Source: Bacteriovoracaceae bacterium
GTDB taxonomy: Bacteria; Bdellovibrionota; Bacteriovoracia; Bacteriovoracales; Bacteriovoracaceae
Assembly (NCBI GenBank): GCA_964231135.1
Contig: CAXRIU010000021.1
Coordinates: forward strand, 157,427-221,426
Direction: 5' to 3'
Length of the DNA stretch: 64,000 nt
Shown in pieces: positions 38,135 to 48,430 of this stretch. Numbering within the stretch: position 1 is the stretch's first letter; every line of letters begins with the position of its first letter. The notes beneath the pieces are model-generated. The model was not told the DNA's origin, did not search any database, and worked only from the letters and a program-made list of their open reading frames with translations. The position numbers were made by a program, and so were the translations under genes.

Positions 38135-38809
38135 ATGGACAGTATCGGACAATCAAAAGCAATTTATAGTGATCAAAAAACCATCCATAAGGATCTTCAA
38201 TCCATAGTTCAGAATTATCTAAATAGTAGATATTTACGGCCTATTGAACCTCAAGTTGAAGTCTTTGTGAAAGATCTAGTAGGGAAAGTGCAAAGCTTTA
38301 AAGGTTTGATTGTTGATAGTTGTTGCGGAATAGGCGAGAGTACTTATCATTTAGCGATTGAGAATCCAGAGTATCTAATATTGGGAGTTGATAAGTCGGA
38401 GAGTCGGTTGAGTCGAAAGAACAAGTTTAAGGACTCTCTTCCTGACAATATCATTTTTCGCCAAGGTAATATGCTTGATTATTGGCTGGCCTTAAAAAAG
38501 TTTGAATCGAAATTGAAGATCGCAAAAATCTTTATTTTATTTCCTAATCCGTACCCAAAACCTTCCCAACTGAAAAAACGTTGGCATGCTCATCCAATAA
38601 TTAAAACCATTTTTTCTTTCAGATGTGAATTGGAACTAAGAACCAACTGGGAGATCTATAATTTAGAGTTTGCCGCAGTTTGTGGGCAATTTTGCCGAAA
38701 AGTCCTATACTCAGGTATTTATCAACCGGAAAAAATTATCACTCCTTTTGAACGCAAATATAAAGAAAGTCATCACACTTTATTTAAAAGCTGCATATCC
38801 CCTCTATAG
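38135..38809 (+). CDS. TrmB-like SAM-dependent methyltransferase (tRNA m7G46 methyltransferase family)
   Basis: IVDSCCGIGEST (SAM motif I), LFPNPYPKPSQLKKRWHAHP (compare FPDPWxKxRHxKRR), TPFERKY. Confidence 0.55.
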   Translation: MDSIGQSKAIYSDQKTIHKDLQSIVQNYLNSRYLRPIEPQVEVFVKDLVGKVQSFKGLIVDSCCGIGESTYHLAIENPEYLILGVDKSESRLSRKNKFKDSLPDNIIFRQGNMLDYWLALKKFESKLKIAKIFILFPNPYPKPSQLKKRWHAHPIIKTIFSFRCELELRTNWEIYNLEFAAVCGQFCRKVLYSGIYQPEKIITPFERKYKESHHTLFKSCISPL

Positions 38810-38935
38810 GCTGTTTTAGGAGCATATCTCTCCACTCAGTTATAAGTAAAATCTTAATATTATTTAACGTTTTTTTTGCTGGGTTCATATATATGAATTG
38901 CTTACAATAAAAAGAAAAATTCAAGGAAACCCAAA

Positions 38936-41900
38936 ATGGAAAATGATGCTCTAAAAAATGAATTTCTCGTCGAGTCGTTTGAAAACCTATCTTCAATTAA
39001 CGAAGACCTCACACGTCTTGAAAAAGATCCTTTTGATAAAGAGCTTCTGAACAAAATATATCGAACAGTTCATACGATGAAAGGGTCAGCGAGTTTTCTA
39101 GGCTATAAAAAATTACAGGAAATTACTCATACGGGAGAGAATCTATTAGATGAGTTAAGAGAAGGAAATATTACTGTTACGTCTGAAATTGTAGATACGC
39201 TGCTCGAGACTTTTGATATATGTCATAATTTCCTAAAAAATATAGAAGCGACTAACGAGGAAGGAGAGGTCGACTTTGAGGAAATTCAAAAAAGGTTAGA
39301 AGCTCATCTCAAGGGAGAATCGTCAAAGCCTCAAGAAAATGAAGCGATTGATCGTCAGAGTGTTGAAGAAGACATAATCTCTCAGATGTCGGGACTTGTG
39401 GCAGCTAATCCCGAAGAGGCAGCACGGGAAGCTGTTAATACTCCAGAAACTGATAGTGCTGAAGAAGATGATTTAGACCTCGATAATTTAGTACAAGCTC
39501 ATCGCTCTGTAACTGCTAAGGAAAAAACAGAAACACAAAGTGAATCAGCTGAAATGGGACTATCTAGTGCTGCTTTGGAATCTCTCAAAGAATTGGTTTC
39601 AGATGGAAAAATAGATGCTTCAGCATTTGATGATTTGGAAAAAAATGTGACAACATCACCTGTTGCTGAGACAGAAGTTGTAGCGGCAACAGATGCAATT
39701 AGTTCAGCCGCAATGGATTCACTAAGGGAGTTAATTTCAGATGGAAAAATTGATTCGTCAGCGCTTGATGAAATTAAAGACGTTGATTTATCAGCTGTTG
39801 AACAATCAGTAAGCCCTACGGAAATTGAGGTTGTTTTTAAGGAAGAGCACAAAGAGCCCGAGGAGGGAAATATAGCGGAACCTGTAATCAAACCTCAGCC
39901 AGTTGTGAATAATGAAAAACTCGAAGATCTAGATCAACAAATTCGTGGCGATGACATGAAAAAGTCAATCGTCGATTCATTTGTAAGAGTCAATGTTAAT
40001 GTGCTCGATAAAATTATGAATGTCGTTGGGGAGTTAGTTCTAAATAGAAATCAAATCCTGCAGTATGCATCAAAAGCCGATAGTAGTGAGTTTAATCGTC
40101 TTTCTCAGCAGTTGAACGTCATCACATCCGAATTACAAAGTGAAGTTATGTCGACTCGAATGCAGCCAATAGGAAATATTCTTACCAAGTTTGAAAGGCT
40201 AGTGAGAGATATTGCCCGATCCCATAATAAAAAGATCAATTTGAATTTAATGGGATCGGAAACAGAGCTAGATAAGAGCTTACTAGAGGCGATTAAAGAT
40301 CCTCTAGTGCATATTATTAGGAACTCATGTGATCACGGGATAGAAGATCTTCCAGGACGTAAATCAGCAGGGAAGTCAGAGCAGGGAACCGTTACAATCA
40401 AAGCTTATAATGAGAGTGGACAAGTCACAATTGAGATTTTCGATGACGGTAAAGGTCTAGATCCTCAACGAATTGGTCAAAAAGCTGTGGAGAAAGGGAT
40501 TATTTCGGAAGCAAAATTAAATGAAATGTCAGAGAGCCAGATAATAAATTTAATTTTCAAACCAGGTTTTTCTACAGCGGAAAAAGTGACAAATATTTCA
40601 GGCCGTGGTGTTGGGATGGATGTAGTTAAAACCAATATAGAAAAAATTGGAGGAACTGTTTCTGTAAACTCGAATCTAGGATATGGTACAAATTTCAAAC
40701 TAAGAATACCGCTAACATTGGCCATAGTTCCATCTTTAATGATTAAAAGTAAGGGAGAGAATTTTGCGATTCCTCAGCTTAATTTAGTAGAGCTAGTTCG
40801 ACTAGAGACCAGCCAAGATCACGAGCAAATCGAAACTTTCTCTGGCAGCGAATTTTTAAGGCTCAGAGGGAAACTCACTCCGATTTTTCGCTTGGATAAA
40901 GAGTTGGGGCTGGAGAAAGTCCAGCAGAAATCAAAAGAAATCAATCAAATCAATTCTCTCAATACCTTAAATCCAACGGATAAGCAGGAGTCAAGTAACC
41001 TCCACTCAATGGAAGAAGTTCATGCAGCAATGAATATCGTGATCCTAAATGCTGAAGATAATATCTTCGGAATTGTTGTCGACGAAATCATGGATACCGA
41101 AGAAATTGTTGTTAAGGCACTAAACAATAAGCTTAAAGACATTAAAATTTTCGGTGGAGCTACCATTATGGGAGATGGAAGTGTGGCCCTCATTCTCGAC
41201 GCAATAGGTTTTTTGAGTGAAGTAAGCCATATTGATATTGAAAAAGCTGAAGAATTAGCAGAAGATTCTAATCCAATTAATGCAATTGATGCCTCTTTTG
41301 AGTACCAAGAAAATTTACTTTTTAAATTATATGACGACCGTATCTATGCTATCCCGTTGACTCTCGTCTCTAGACTAGAGGAATTTGATGCCAGTAAAAT
41401 TGAGAAAACCGGAAGTCAAAAAATTGTTCGGTATTTGGACGCACCTATGCCACTCATCGGAGTAGAAAAGGCATTAAGTTTAGAAGGGAAGTCGATACTT
41501 GAGGAAGAAAGCTTACCGGAAGGAACCAGTCTTTCTTGTATAGTTACTAAAATTAGAGGTCGTAATTTTGGAATCATTGTCAAAGAAGTTATGGACATTT
41601 CAATTGATCACACTAAGATCGATGATACAGCTGTTGATAGAGAAGGTATAATAGGGACTATATTTATCGATGAAAAAACAGTTCCTCTGCTTGATCTTTA
41701 TTCCATTCTTGCAGCCCAAAATCTGGGTGTATCAAATAAAGAGATAACTAATGCTAAATTGATGCCGAAAACGATTCTTTTAGTAGACGATTCTCCAATG
41801 TATAGAAAATTAGAAGCAGATTCATTACGCGAAATTGGTTATACGGTTATCACCGCCAATCACGGACTGGATGGTTTTGAAAAGCTTCAAAATCAAGATT

Positions 41901-42157
41901 TTGATTTGTTAATTACTGATATTGAAATGCCTCTTTTGGATGGTTTCGGGTTTGCTAGAAAAGTTAGGGATGAACTTCCGGCAAAGCAGATTCCGATTAT
42001 AGCATTGTCGACTCGGGTTTCTGATAAGGATCTAGAAAAAGGGCGTGAAAGCGGTTTCAATCATCACCTGGAAAAATTTAAGAAAGAAGAAGTAGTAGAT
42101 TTAGTTAATAGTATTTTACAAGGATCAAATTATGGAAATAGTTCAACAGCAAGCTAA
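38936..42157 (+). CDS. cheA: Hybrid CheA histidine kinase: Hpt, repeat-containing acidic linker, dimerisation domain, HATPase, two CheW-like domains, C-terminal receiver
   Basis: Hpt TVHTMKGSASFLG. HIIRNSCDHGIE, DDGKGLD, GRGVGMD. Two CheW-like segments. REC ILLVDDSP...DLLITDIEMPLLDG. Confidence 0.9.
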   Translation: MENDALKNEFLVESFENLSSINEDLTRLEKDPFDKELLNKIYRTVHTMKGSASFLGYKKLQEITHTGENLLDELREGNITVTSEIVDTLLETFDICHNFLKNIEATNEEGEVDFEEIQKRLEAHLKGESSKPQENEAIDRQSVEEDIISQMSGLVAANPEEAAREAVNTPETDSAEEDDLDLDNLVQAHRSVTAKEKTETQSESAEMGLSSAALESLKELVSDGKIDASAFDDLEKNVTTSPVAETEVVAATDAISSAAMDSLRELISDGKIDSSALDEIKDVDLSAVEQSVSPTEIEVVFKEEHKEPEEGNIAEPVIKPQPVVNNEKLEDLDQQIRGDDMKKSIVDSFVRVNVNVLDKIMNVVGELVLNRNQILQYASKADSSEFNRLSQQLNVITSELQSEVMSTRMQPIGNILTKFERLVRDIARSHNKKINLNLMGSETELDKSLLEAIKDPLVHIIRNSCDHGIEDLPGRKSAGKSEQGTVTIKAYNESGQVTIEIFDDGKGLDPQRIGQKAVEKGIISEAKLNEMSESQIINLIFKPGFSTAEKVTNISGRGVGMDVVKTNIEKIGGTVSVNSNLGYGTNFKLRIPLTLAIVPSLMIKSKGENFAIPQLNLVELVRLETSQDHEQIETFSGSEFLRLRGKLTPIFRLDKELGLEKVQQKSKEINQINSLNTLNPTDKQESSNLHSMEEVHAAMNIVILNAEDNIFGIVVDEIMDTEEIVVKALNNKLKDIKIFGGATIMGDGSVALILDAIGFLSEVSHIDIEKAEELAEDSNPINAIDASFEYQENLLFKLYDDRIYAIPLTLVSRLEEFDASKIEKTGSQKIVRYLDAPMPLIGVEKALSLEGKSILEEESLPEGTSLSCIVTKIRGRNFGIIVKEVMDISIDHTKIDDTAVDREGIIGTIFIDEKTVPLLDLYSILAAQNLGVSNKEITNAKLMPKTILLVDDSPMYRKLEADSLREIGYTVITANHGLDGFEKLQNQDFDLLITDIEMPLLDGFGFARKVRDELPAKQIPIIALSTRVSDKDLEKGRESGFNHHLEKFKKEEVVDLVNSILQGSNYGNSSTAS

Positions 42158-42584
42158 TCAGTACTGTGGTTTTAAAATCGCAGGTGAAGAATACGCTATA
42201 CCTGTGATGGAAGTTCAAGAAGTAATCAAGCCTCTTCAAGTAACATCTGTTCCCCTTGCTCAGGATGAAATACGTGGGCTTATAAATTTAAGAGGTCAAA
42301 TTGTCACCTCTTTGAGTCTTAGAAAGCTTTTTGGTCAGGATGAAAATTTGAGTCAAGACTATATGAATATTATAGTTAAAGGTGATGATGGACTCTATTC
42401 TCTAGTTGTCGACGAAGTTACCGATATTATAGACGTAGAAGAAGAGTCAGTGGAAAGAGTTCCGGATACAATTAATCCAAGAATCAAAAGATTTGTGGAT
42501 CGAATTTTTAAAAGAAGCAAAGGGCTCGTTGTCCTTCTTAAGATTGATGAGCTAATCAAATTAGAAGAGAAAAGAGAAAAATGA
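42132..42584 (+). CDS. cheW: Chemotaxis coupling protein CheW
   Basis: 150 aa with FKIAGEEYAIPVMEVQEV...INLRGQIV. Confidence 0.9.
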   Translation: MEIVQQQANQYCGFKIAGEEYAIPVMEVQEVIKPLQVTSVPLAQDEIRGLINLRGQIVTSLSLRKLFGQDENLSQDYMNIIVKGDDGLYSLVVDEVTDIIDVEEESVERVPDTINPRIKRFVDRIFKRSKGLVVLLKIDELIKLEEKREK

Positions 42585-43648
42585 GAGTATTGATTGTTGA
42601 TGATTCCGTTGTATACAGATCTGCCATAAAAAGTGCCTTAACAGGTTCAGGGCAGGATTATGAAATTGATATTGCCGCCAACGGAAAAATTGCAATCGAT
42701 AAACTGAAAATGAGAGAATATGATATCGTAACTTTAGACCTAGAAATGCCCGTCATGGATGGCCTAGAAACAATTAAGGCCATAAGAGAATTCAATCATA
42801 AAGTTCCAGTTATTATATTTTCGGCTCAAAACGTAAATGCAGCTAACAAAACACTCCATGCCTTAGAGATAGGAGCAAATGATTTTGTGAAAAAAATCGA
42901 AGGAGGGTCAAATCTTGATGAAAATATTAAGATGATTCAACAAGAGTTGCTTCCTAGATTTAAAGCACTCGCCGGTAGAATCAGTACTACGAGCGGTGTA
43001 TATGTGAAGGAGCAAGTGGCAGAAAAAATTATTTCTACCCCTGTTCGAGAAAAAAACTTTTTGCAGGTTTGCGATTTTAATCCAAGTATTTTGTGTATTG
43101 CTAGTTCGACTGGTGGACCAGATGTTTTAAAGAAAATATTCTCTGACCTTGAGAAATTGCCAATACCAGTTTTAATTGTCCAGCATATGCCTCCAGTGTT
43201 CACAACTCAATTGGCAAAAGGTCTTGATCAAATTTCCAAGATGACTGTTAAAGAAGCAGTTGTAGGAGATATTCTTGAACCGGGTGTGGCCTATCTTGCA
43301 CCGGGAGACTTTCATATGGTGATTGAAAAAAAGAATGATAAATATCAGATAAATTTAAATCAAGACCCAAAAGTTTGTTATGTGAGGCCTGCCGCAGATG
43401 TAACTTTTCAGTCAGTGGCCGAAAACTTCACTGGGAAGGTACTAGGAGTCGTTTTAACGGGTATGGGAAACGACGGAGCAAATGGGTCGGGGTTACTAAA
43501 AAACAAAGATTGTCGGATACTCATTCAAGACGAAGATTCAAGTGTTGTATGGGGAATGCCGAAAGCGGTATATGAGAAGGGGTTTTACGATATTCGCTTA
43601 ACACCTTCTGACATCGTAAAAGCAATTAATAGAATGACTTTGAGGTAA
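42581..43648 (+). CDS. cheB: Chemotaxis methylesterase CheB (receiver plus esterase)
   Basis: REC VLIVDDS...LDLEMPVMDG. Esterase motifs ASSTGGP, QHMPPVFT, GMGNDGA. Confidence 0.95.
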   Translation: MRVLIVDDSVVYRSAIKSALTGSGQDYEIDIAANGKIAIDKLKMREYDIVTLDLEMPVMDGLETIKAIREFNHKVPVIIFSAQNVNAANKTLHALEIGANDFVKKIEGGSNLDENIKMIQQELLPRFKALAGRISTTSGVYVKEQVAEKIISTPVREKNFLQVCDFNPSILCIASSTGGPDVLKKIFSDLEKLPIPVLIVQHMPPVFTTQLAKGLDQISKMTVKEAVVGDILEPGVAYLAPGDFHMVIEKKNDKYQINLNQDPKVCYVRPAADVTFQSVAENFTGKVLGVVLTGMGNDGANGSGLLKNKDCRILIQDEDSSVVWGMPKAVYEKGFYDIRLTPSDIVKAINRMTLR

Positions 43649-43650
43649 AA

Positions 43651-44019
43651 ATGAAAATTTTGATCGTAGATGATTCGAATGCCATCGCTATGGTGGTGAG
43701 TGAGTACATTAAAGAACTCGGCTTTGAAGCCTATCATGCCTCAAACGGTAAAGATGCTGTCGATATGATCTCCCAGGAAGACATTTTTGACTTGATACTA
43801 TTGGACTGGAACATGCCAGTGATGGACGGGCTAAGCTTTCTTGAGTTCAATCAACAAAATCATTTGACTAAATGCCCAATCATGATGATGACGACAGAGA
43901 ATAAACCGGAAAAAATAATGAAAGCGTTAGAGTTAGGTGCGCTTGAATATATTATGAAACCTTTCAGTAAAGAAATTCTTGAATTAAAAATACAAACCCT
44001 TAAAAAAGCAGCGGCTTAG
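43651..44019 (+). CDS. cheY: Single-domain response regulator CheY
   Basis: ILIVDDS...LILLDWNMPVMDG...MMTT...KPF. Confidence 0.9.
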   Translation: MKILIVDDSNAIAMVVSEYIKELGFEAYHASNGKDAVDMISQEDIFDLILLDWNMPVMDGLSFLEFNQQNHLTKCPIMMMTTENKPEKIMKALELGALEYIMKPFSKEILELKIQTLKKAAA

Positions 44020-44021
44020 TT

Positions 44022-44852
44022 ATGGACAATAAACCTGTATATCCCATTCTCGCAAAATTTGTATTTGATAATACTGGGATATTTTATGGCGAGAGAGACT
44101 ATTATAGGCTCGACAGTAGAATTGATAAAATAATAAGAGAGCTTAATTTAAGCTCAGAAGATGCTTTAATTGAGCATATTAGATCCGGACATGATCAAGA
44201 GGTAAAAGCTAAAATCGTTGATATTTGTACTAATAATGAAACATTCTTTTTTCGTGATCAAAATCCTTTTAATGCACTAAAAGATAATATATTACCTGAT
44301 TTTATTGATCAAAAACCCATGTCTGAGATTAATATTTGGTCCTGTGCTTGCTCTAGCGGGCAAGAACCTCTTTCAATTCTTATGACAATTTTTGAAAAGT
44401 ATCCTAATCAAACTATCAAACTGGACGCGACAGACATCTCTAAAACAATTTTAGAAAAAGCGAAGTCAGGAATTTATAATAGTTTGGAAGCCCAAAGAGG
44501 TTTGCCAATTCAAAATTTGATTAAATATTTTCAACAAGTTGAAAATAATTGTTGGAAGGCGAAACCAGAACTTCTCAATAAAATATCCTATGGAGAATTT
44601 AATCTTTTCAGTAATAACTATCCAAGAGAAAAATACCATGTGATTTTTTGTCGAAATGTTTTGATTTATCAGAATATGGAAAACAAAAATAAAATATTAA
44701 ATAAACTCTACGATTCGTTAGCACCTGGAGGGTATTTAATCATGGGGGCCGGTGAATCTCTTATTGGTAGCTCGATAGAACTTGAGCAAAAAAGTATGGC
44801 CGGAACAATGGTATTTCAAAAGAAAGACAGAGCCAATAAAGTCGCAGCATAA
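44022..44852 (+). CDS. cheR: Chemotaxis methyltransferase CheR
   Basis: TNNETFFFRD, IWSCACSSGQEPLS, IFCRNVLIY. Confidence 0.9.
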   Translation: MDNKPVYPILAKFVFDNTGIFYGERDYYRLDSRIDKIIRELNLSSEDALIEHIRSGHDQEVKAKIVDICTNNETFFFRDQNPFNALKDNILPDFIDQKPMSEINIWSCACSSGQEPLSILMTIFEKYPNQTIKLDATDISKTILEKAKSGIYNSLEAQRGLPIQNLIKYFQQVENNCWKAKPELLNKISYGEFNLFSNNYPREKYHVIFCRNVLIYQNMENKNKILNKLYDSLAPGGYLIMGAGESLIGSSIELEQKSMAGTMVFQKKDRANKVAA

Positions 44853-44858
44853 ATTAAT

Positions 44859-44886
44859 TAAAAGACAAGGACGTTATTGTCGATAA
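44859..44886 (+). promoter_or_regulatory. sigma-28-like internal promoter between cheR and the Hpt-REC gene
   Basis: TAAAAGAC-N12-GTCGATAA, 20 nt upstream of ATG 44906. Confidence 0.4.
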
Positions 44887-44905
44887 ATATACATGAGGTT
44901 GAAAA

Positions 44906-45841
44906 ATGTCAAATGACATGATTGGTGATTTTCATATTGAAGCAATAGAGCTGCTAGACGAAGCGGAAGATAGTCTTTTAGAGCTAGATAAAGGTGGCAA
45001 CTATAAAGAATGCTACAATCAGCTATTTAGAGCATTTCATAGCATTAAAGGTGCGGCGGGTATGTTTGGAATCGAAGACCTCCAAAAGCACATGCATTAT
45101 CTTGAAAATCTACTTTCCAACAAACAATCTTTAGATAAACTCAGCACCGCAACGATTGATTATTTTCTAAATGGAGTTGATGGAGCAAGAAAAATTTTAA
45201 ACAATGAAAATATTCAATTTGATTATTATGACCCTGATAAAGAGTCTCCATCGGGGACGGAAAATGCGGTTACACGCAAACAAGAAACTGCTAAAGAAAA
45301 AATTGGAAGAGAGAAAAATACAGGCGAGATTTGGCTCGTAGATGATGAAGAGGATATCTTAGATATTCTTGAAATTCATCTTGTTGAATATCAGTACAAA
45401 GTAAAAAAGTTTCTAAATCCTCTTAATTTACTAAAAGAATTGGAGACTGCAACACCTGACTTAATCGTCTCTGATATTAATATGCCGGAGATGAATGGTG
45501 TTGAACTCGTTAAACAAGTAAATATAAAAAGACCGCATCTTCCTGTAGTCGTGGTATCTGGCTTTGTAACGAAGGAAGTGTGTTTGAATCTTCTGCGTGA
45601 TGGTGTAACGGGGGTTATTGAAAAGCCATTTTTGGAAGAGGATTTTATAAAGCTCGTAGAATTAAATATAAATCGATATCAAAGTATCAAACTTTTGAAC
45701 AAGAGTATAGATTTACTGATCTATCAATTTGAGAATTTCCCTGGTGTTGCAGGAAGTGAAAAAGATTTTTTTGATCATTTTAGGGCAGAACTTAAATCCA
45801 TTCTGAAACAAAAAAACAACTTGTATAAAAAACTAAGGTAG
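44906..45841 (+). CDS. Hpt-receiver phosphotransfer protein
   Basis: Hpt FRAFHSIKGAAGMFG. REC IWLVDDEED...DLIVSDINMPEMNG...SGF...KPF. Confidence 0.85.
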   Translation: MSNDMIGDFHIEAIELLDEAEDSLLELDKGGNYKECYNQLFRAFHSIKGAAGMFGIEDLQKHMHYLENLLSNKQSLDKLSTATIDYFLNGVDGARKILNNENIQFDYYDPDKESPSGTENAVTRKQETAKEKIGREKNTGEIWLVDDEEDILDILEIHLVEYQYKVKKFLNPLNLLKELETATPDLIVSDINMPEMNGVELVKQVNIKRPHLPVVVVSGFVTKEVCLNLLRDGVTGVIEKPFLEEDFIKLVELNINRYQSIKLLNKSIDLLIYQFENFPGVAGSEKDFFDHFRAELKSILKQKNNLYKKLR

Positions 45842-45848
45842 AATTGAT

Positions 45849-48425
45849 ATGGAAAGCAAGTATCAAATAGTTTGTGTGGACGACGATAAAGATGTTTTAG
45901 ATATCTTGGTAGATACCATTGAAGACTTAGGATACTCTGCCCAAGGGTTTACTAGCCCTCAAATTGCTACCGAATTTATTGAAAAGAATCGCCATCAAAT
46001 AGTCTTAATCTTATCAGATTTAAGAATGGACGATACAAATGGATTCGAACTTAAAAAAGGTCTGCCTAAACTCACACAAGAAATACCATTTGTTATTATC
46101 ACTGGGTATTGGACCCAGGAGATGTCTGCACAGGCCATGGAAATTGGTATCGATGCGTTTTTAGAAAAACCAGTTAAAGCTGAAGTCTTAGAAGATCAAA
46201 TTGATCGTTTTGCCAAAAAACGCGAAGAAACACTAAACGAAGAACGCGAAATGGTAGAGGGGTTCCTAGATGAAACCACCCCTATGCTGGATGAGATTGA
46301 ATCTCTCATTCTTGAATTGGAGGAAAGTTCAGATAAAGAGCTAACTCTATCAGTCTATTTCAGATTACTTCATACTATCAAAGGAACAGCTTCGTGCGTA
46401 GGACTAACTCGTCTTGGAGACTACACTCATAAATATGAAGATTTTATTGGAGAGTTAAGAAATAAAGCCATCCCGGTAAATACTGGGGCCATCAATGTTT
46501 TATTGTCTGGGCTCGACGATTTAAAGCAGTTTTTTAAAATAGTTGATGAAGTTGGCAATGATAACGAAGTTGAATTTCAACATCTTATAGGCAAATTCAC
46601 TGATCTAGATGAACTTGCGACAAGTAACAATGATATCGAACAGAAAGAAGCTCAGAAAGAGCAAGTTGTTGATAATAAAAAAAGTGCTGAAGATGATAAG
46701 ATGACTGTCTCTATGTCTGTCTTGAACCAGTTTATGGAGGAGTCAGGAGAACTCACAGTAATTAGGAATTCAATCCTCAAGACCGTAAATAAAATTGAAG
46801 GTCGTTATAGAGGAGATAAAGATATAGAGCAATTAAACGAACTCTTATCTGGAATGTACTCTGTCACTTCAAACATCCAAAATAAAATAACTGAAATGCG
46901 AAAAGTTCCTCTTAAAAATACTTTTCGTCCATTTAAAAGGCTTGTGCGCGACCTATGTAAGAAGCTGGGTAAAGATGTAGAACTTGAGATTAGAGGTGAG
47001 GAACTACTTGTTGATAACATTATCGCTAAGCTCTATAGCAACACCATGATTCATATTATTAGAAATAGCCTAGATCATGGAATAGAGACGATAGCTAAAA
47101 GAGAAGAAAAAGGAAAAAATCCTACTGGTAAATTGACTATTGAGGCTTATCCTCTGGGAGAGGATATCGTTTTGAAGGTAAGTGACGATGGAAATGGAGT
47201 CGATCCAGAAATTATAAAAAAGAAAGCGGTAGAGAAGGGATTATACACTCCTGAAGAAGTTGCAGTAATGTCTAATTTGCAGATCATCAATATCATTTTT
47301 GATTCTGGCTTTAGTACTGCTGAACAGGTATCAGAACTCTCGGGAAGAGGGGTTGGAATGGATATGGTTCGTGGCTCATTTCGAGACATGGGCGGTGAGG
47401 TATATGTGCAAAGTGAAAGTGGTCAGGGATCTGTTTTTACCTTAAAAGTTCCTATTCCAAAATCAGTTTTAATAATCAATACTCTTTCTGTAGAAAATAA
47501 CGGTAAGATTGTATTGTTTCAAATGGAAGAAGTGGCAGAAGTGTTGCAGTTTAATGAATCTAGCCATTCCACGCGTATCTTTGAGACTGGTGGACAAAAA
47601 ATGCTCGAGCAAAATAATGAGATGATCGAGTTACTAAAGCTTTCAGATGTTTTTGAGGAACCGTACAAAGAGCCTTTAGATGGGCATTATAATATTGTTA
47701 TTCTCAGAGTCGGGGAGAAAAAATTTGGCCTAATTGTAGATACGATTTTTGAATTTGAAGAAGTCGTATTGAGAAAAATCACGCCTCAAATTCATTCGCA
47801 CTCGCTCTATCACGGGGCAAGCTTAGTTGGAGCCGGGGAAGTGGCCATGATTGTATCCTCTGAAGGTATCGCTCATAAAATGGGACTTGAGATTAAGCAA
47901 GTAGAGCACAGCTTAGCTGAGATAGAAGAGGAAAAGGTATCGCATGAGTTATCAGAATATATGATTTTTGACTATACAGATACTCATGATCAACTCTGTA
48001 TTAATCTCTCTCAAGTTGATAGGTTTGAGAAGATTTCACCTGATAAAATCGAGAGAATTGGGACAAACTTCATCATTCGCTACCTCGATCGAAATTTGCT
48101 ATTAGTAGATCCAGGATATGTGCTTGGGCTAACTGATGAATGCCGTCTTGAAAATGGACATTTCCAACAATTAGAAGATTTTGATGTGATTGTAATCCGC
48201 GGAGAACGAAAGTGGATGGGATTAATTGTAAATAAGTTAGGGGAGATCGTTCCTACTGAGCAGGGAGTAAACTTAGATACAGTTAACAATCCAGGACTAA
48301 AAGGTTCATTGTATCTTGATGGAGTGACTGTCTGTGAAGTTGATATGGACTATATTGAAGAGAAGACTAGTAAGCGAATGAAGATTCAGGTGGATAATAA
48401 TTTTAAACTTGCAAAAGCAGTTTAA
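45849..48425 (+). CDS. cheA: Second hybrid CheA: N-terminal receiver, Hpt, dimerisation domain, HATPase, two CheW-like domains
   Basis: REC IVCVDDD...LILSDLRMDDTNG. Hpt LLHTIKGTASCVG. HIIRNSLDHGIE, DDGNGVD, GRGVGMD. Two CheW-like segments. Confidence 0.9.
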   Translation: MESKYQIVCVDDDKDVLDILVDTIEDLGYSAQGFTSPQIATEFIEKNRHQIVLILSDLRMDDTNGFELKKGLPKLTQEIPFVIITGYWTQEMSAQAMEIGIDAFLEKPVKAEVLEDQIDRFAKKREETLNEEREMVEGFLDETTPMLDEIESLILELEESSDKELTLSVYFRLLHTIKGTASCVGLTRLGDYTHKYEDFIGELRNKAIPVNTGAINVLLSGLDDLKQFFKIVDEVGNDNEVEFQHLIGKFTDLDELATSNNDIEQKEAQKEQVVDNKKSAEDDKMTVSMSVLNQFMEESGELTVIRNSILKTVNKIEGRYRGDKDIEQLNELLSGMYSVTSNIQNKITEMRKVPLKNTFRPFKRLVRDLCKKLGKDVELEIRGEELLVDNIIAKLYSNTMIHIIRNSLDHGIETIAKREEKGKNPTGKLTIEAYPLGEDIVLKVSDDGNGVDPEIIKKKAVEKGLYTPEEVAVMSNLQIINIIFDSGFSTAEQVSELSGRGVGMDMVRGSFRDMGGEVYVQSESGQGSVFTLKVPIPKSVLIINTLSVENNGKIVLFQMEEVAEVLQFNESSHSTRIFETGGQKMLEQNNEMIELLKLSDVFEEPYKEPLDGHYNIVILRVGEKKFGLIVDTIFEFEEVVLRKITPQIHSHSLYHGASLVGAGEVAMIVSSEGIAHKMGLEIKQVEHSLAEIEEEKVSHELSEYMIFDYTDTHDQLCINLSQVDRFEKISPDKIERIGTNFIIRYLDRNLLLVDPGYVLGLTDECRLENGHFQQLEDFDVIVIRGERKWMGLIVNKLGEIVPTEQGVNLDTVNNPGLKGSLYLDGVTVCEVDMDYIEEKTSKRMKIQVDNNFKLAKAV

Positions 48426-48430
48426 AAAAA

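Noticed and set aside
38784-38996. 70-aa ORF on the minus strand spanning the cheA1 start region.
   Set aside because: It is antisense to the cheA1 start and its leader, with no motif or start context.
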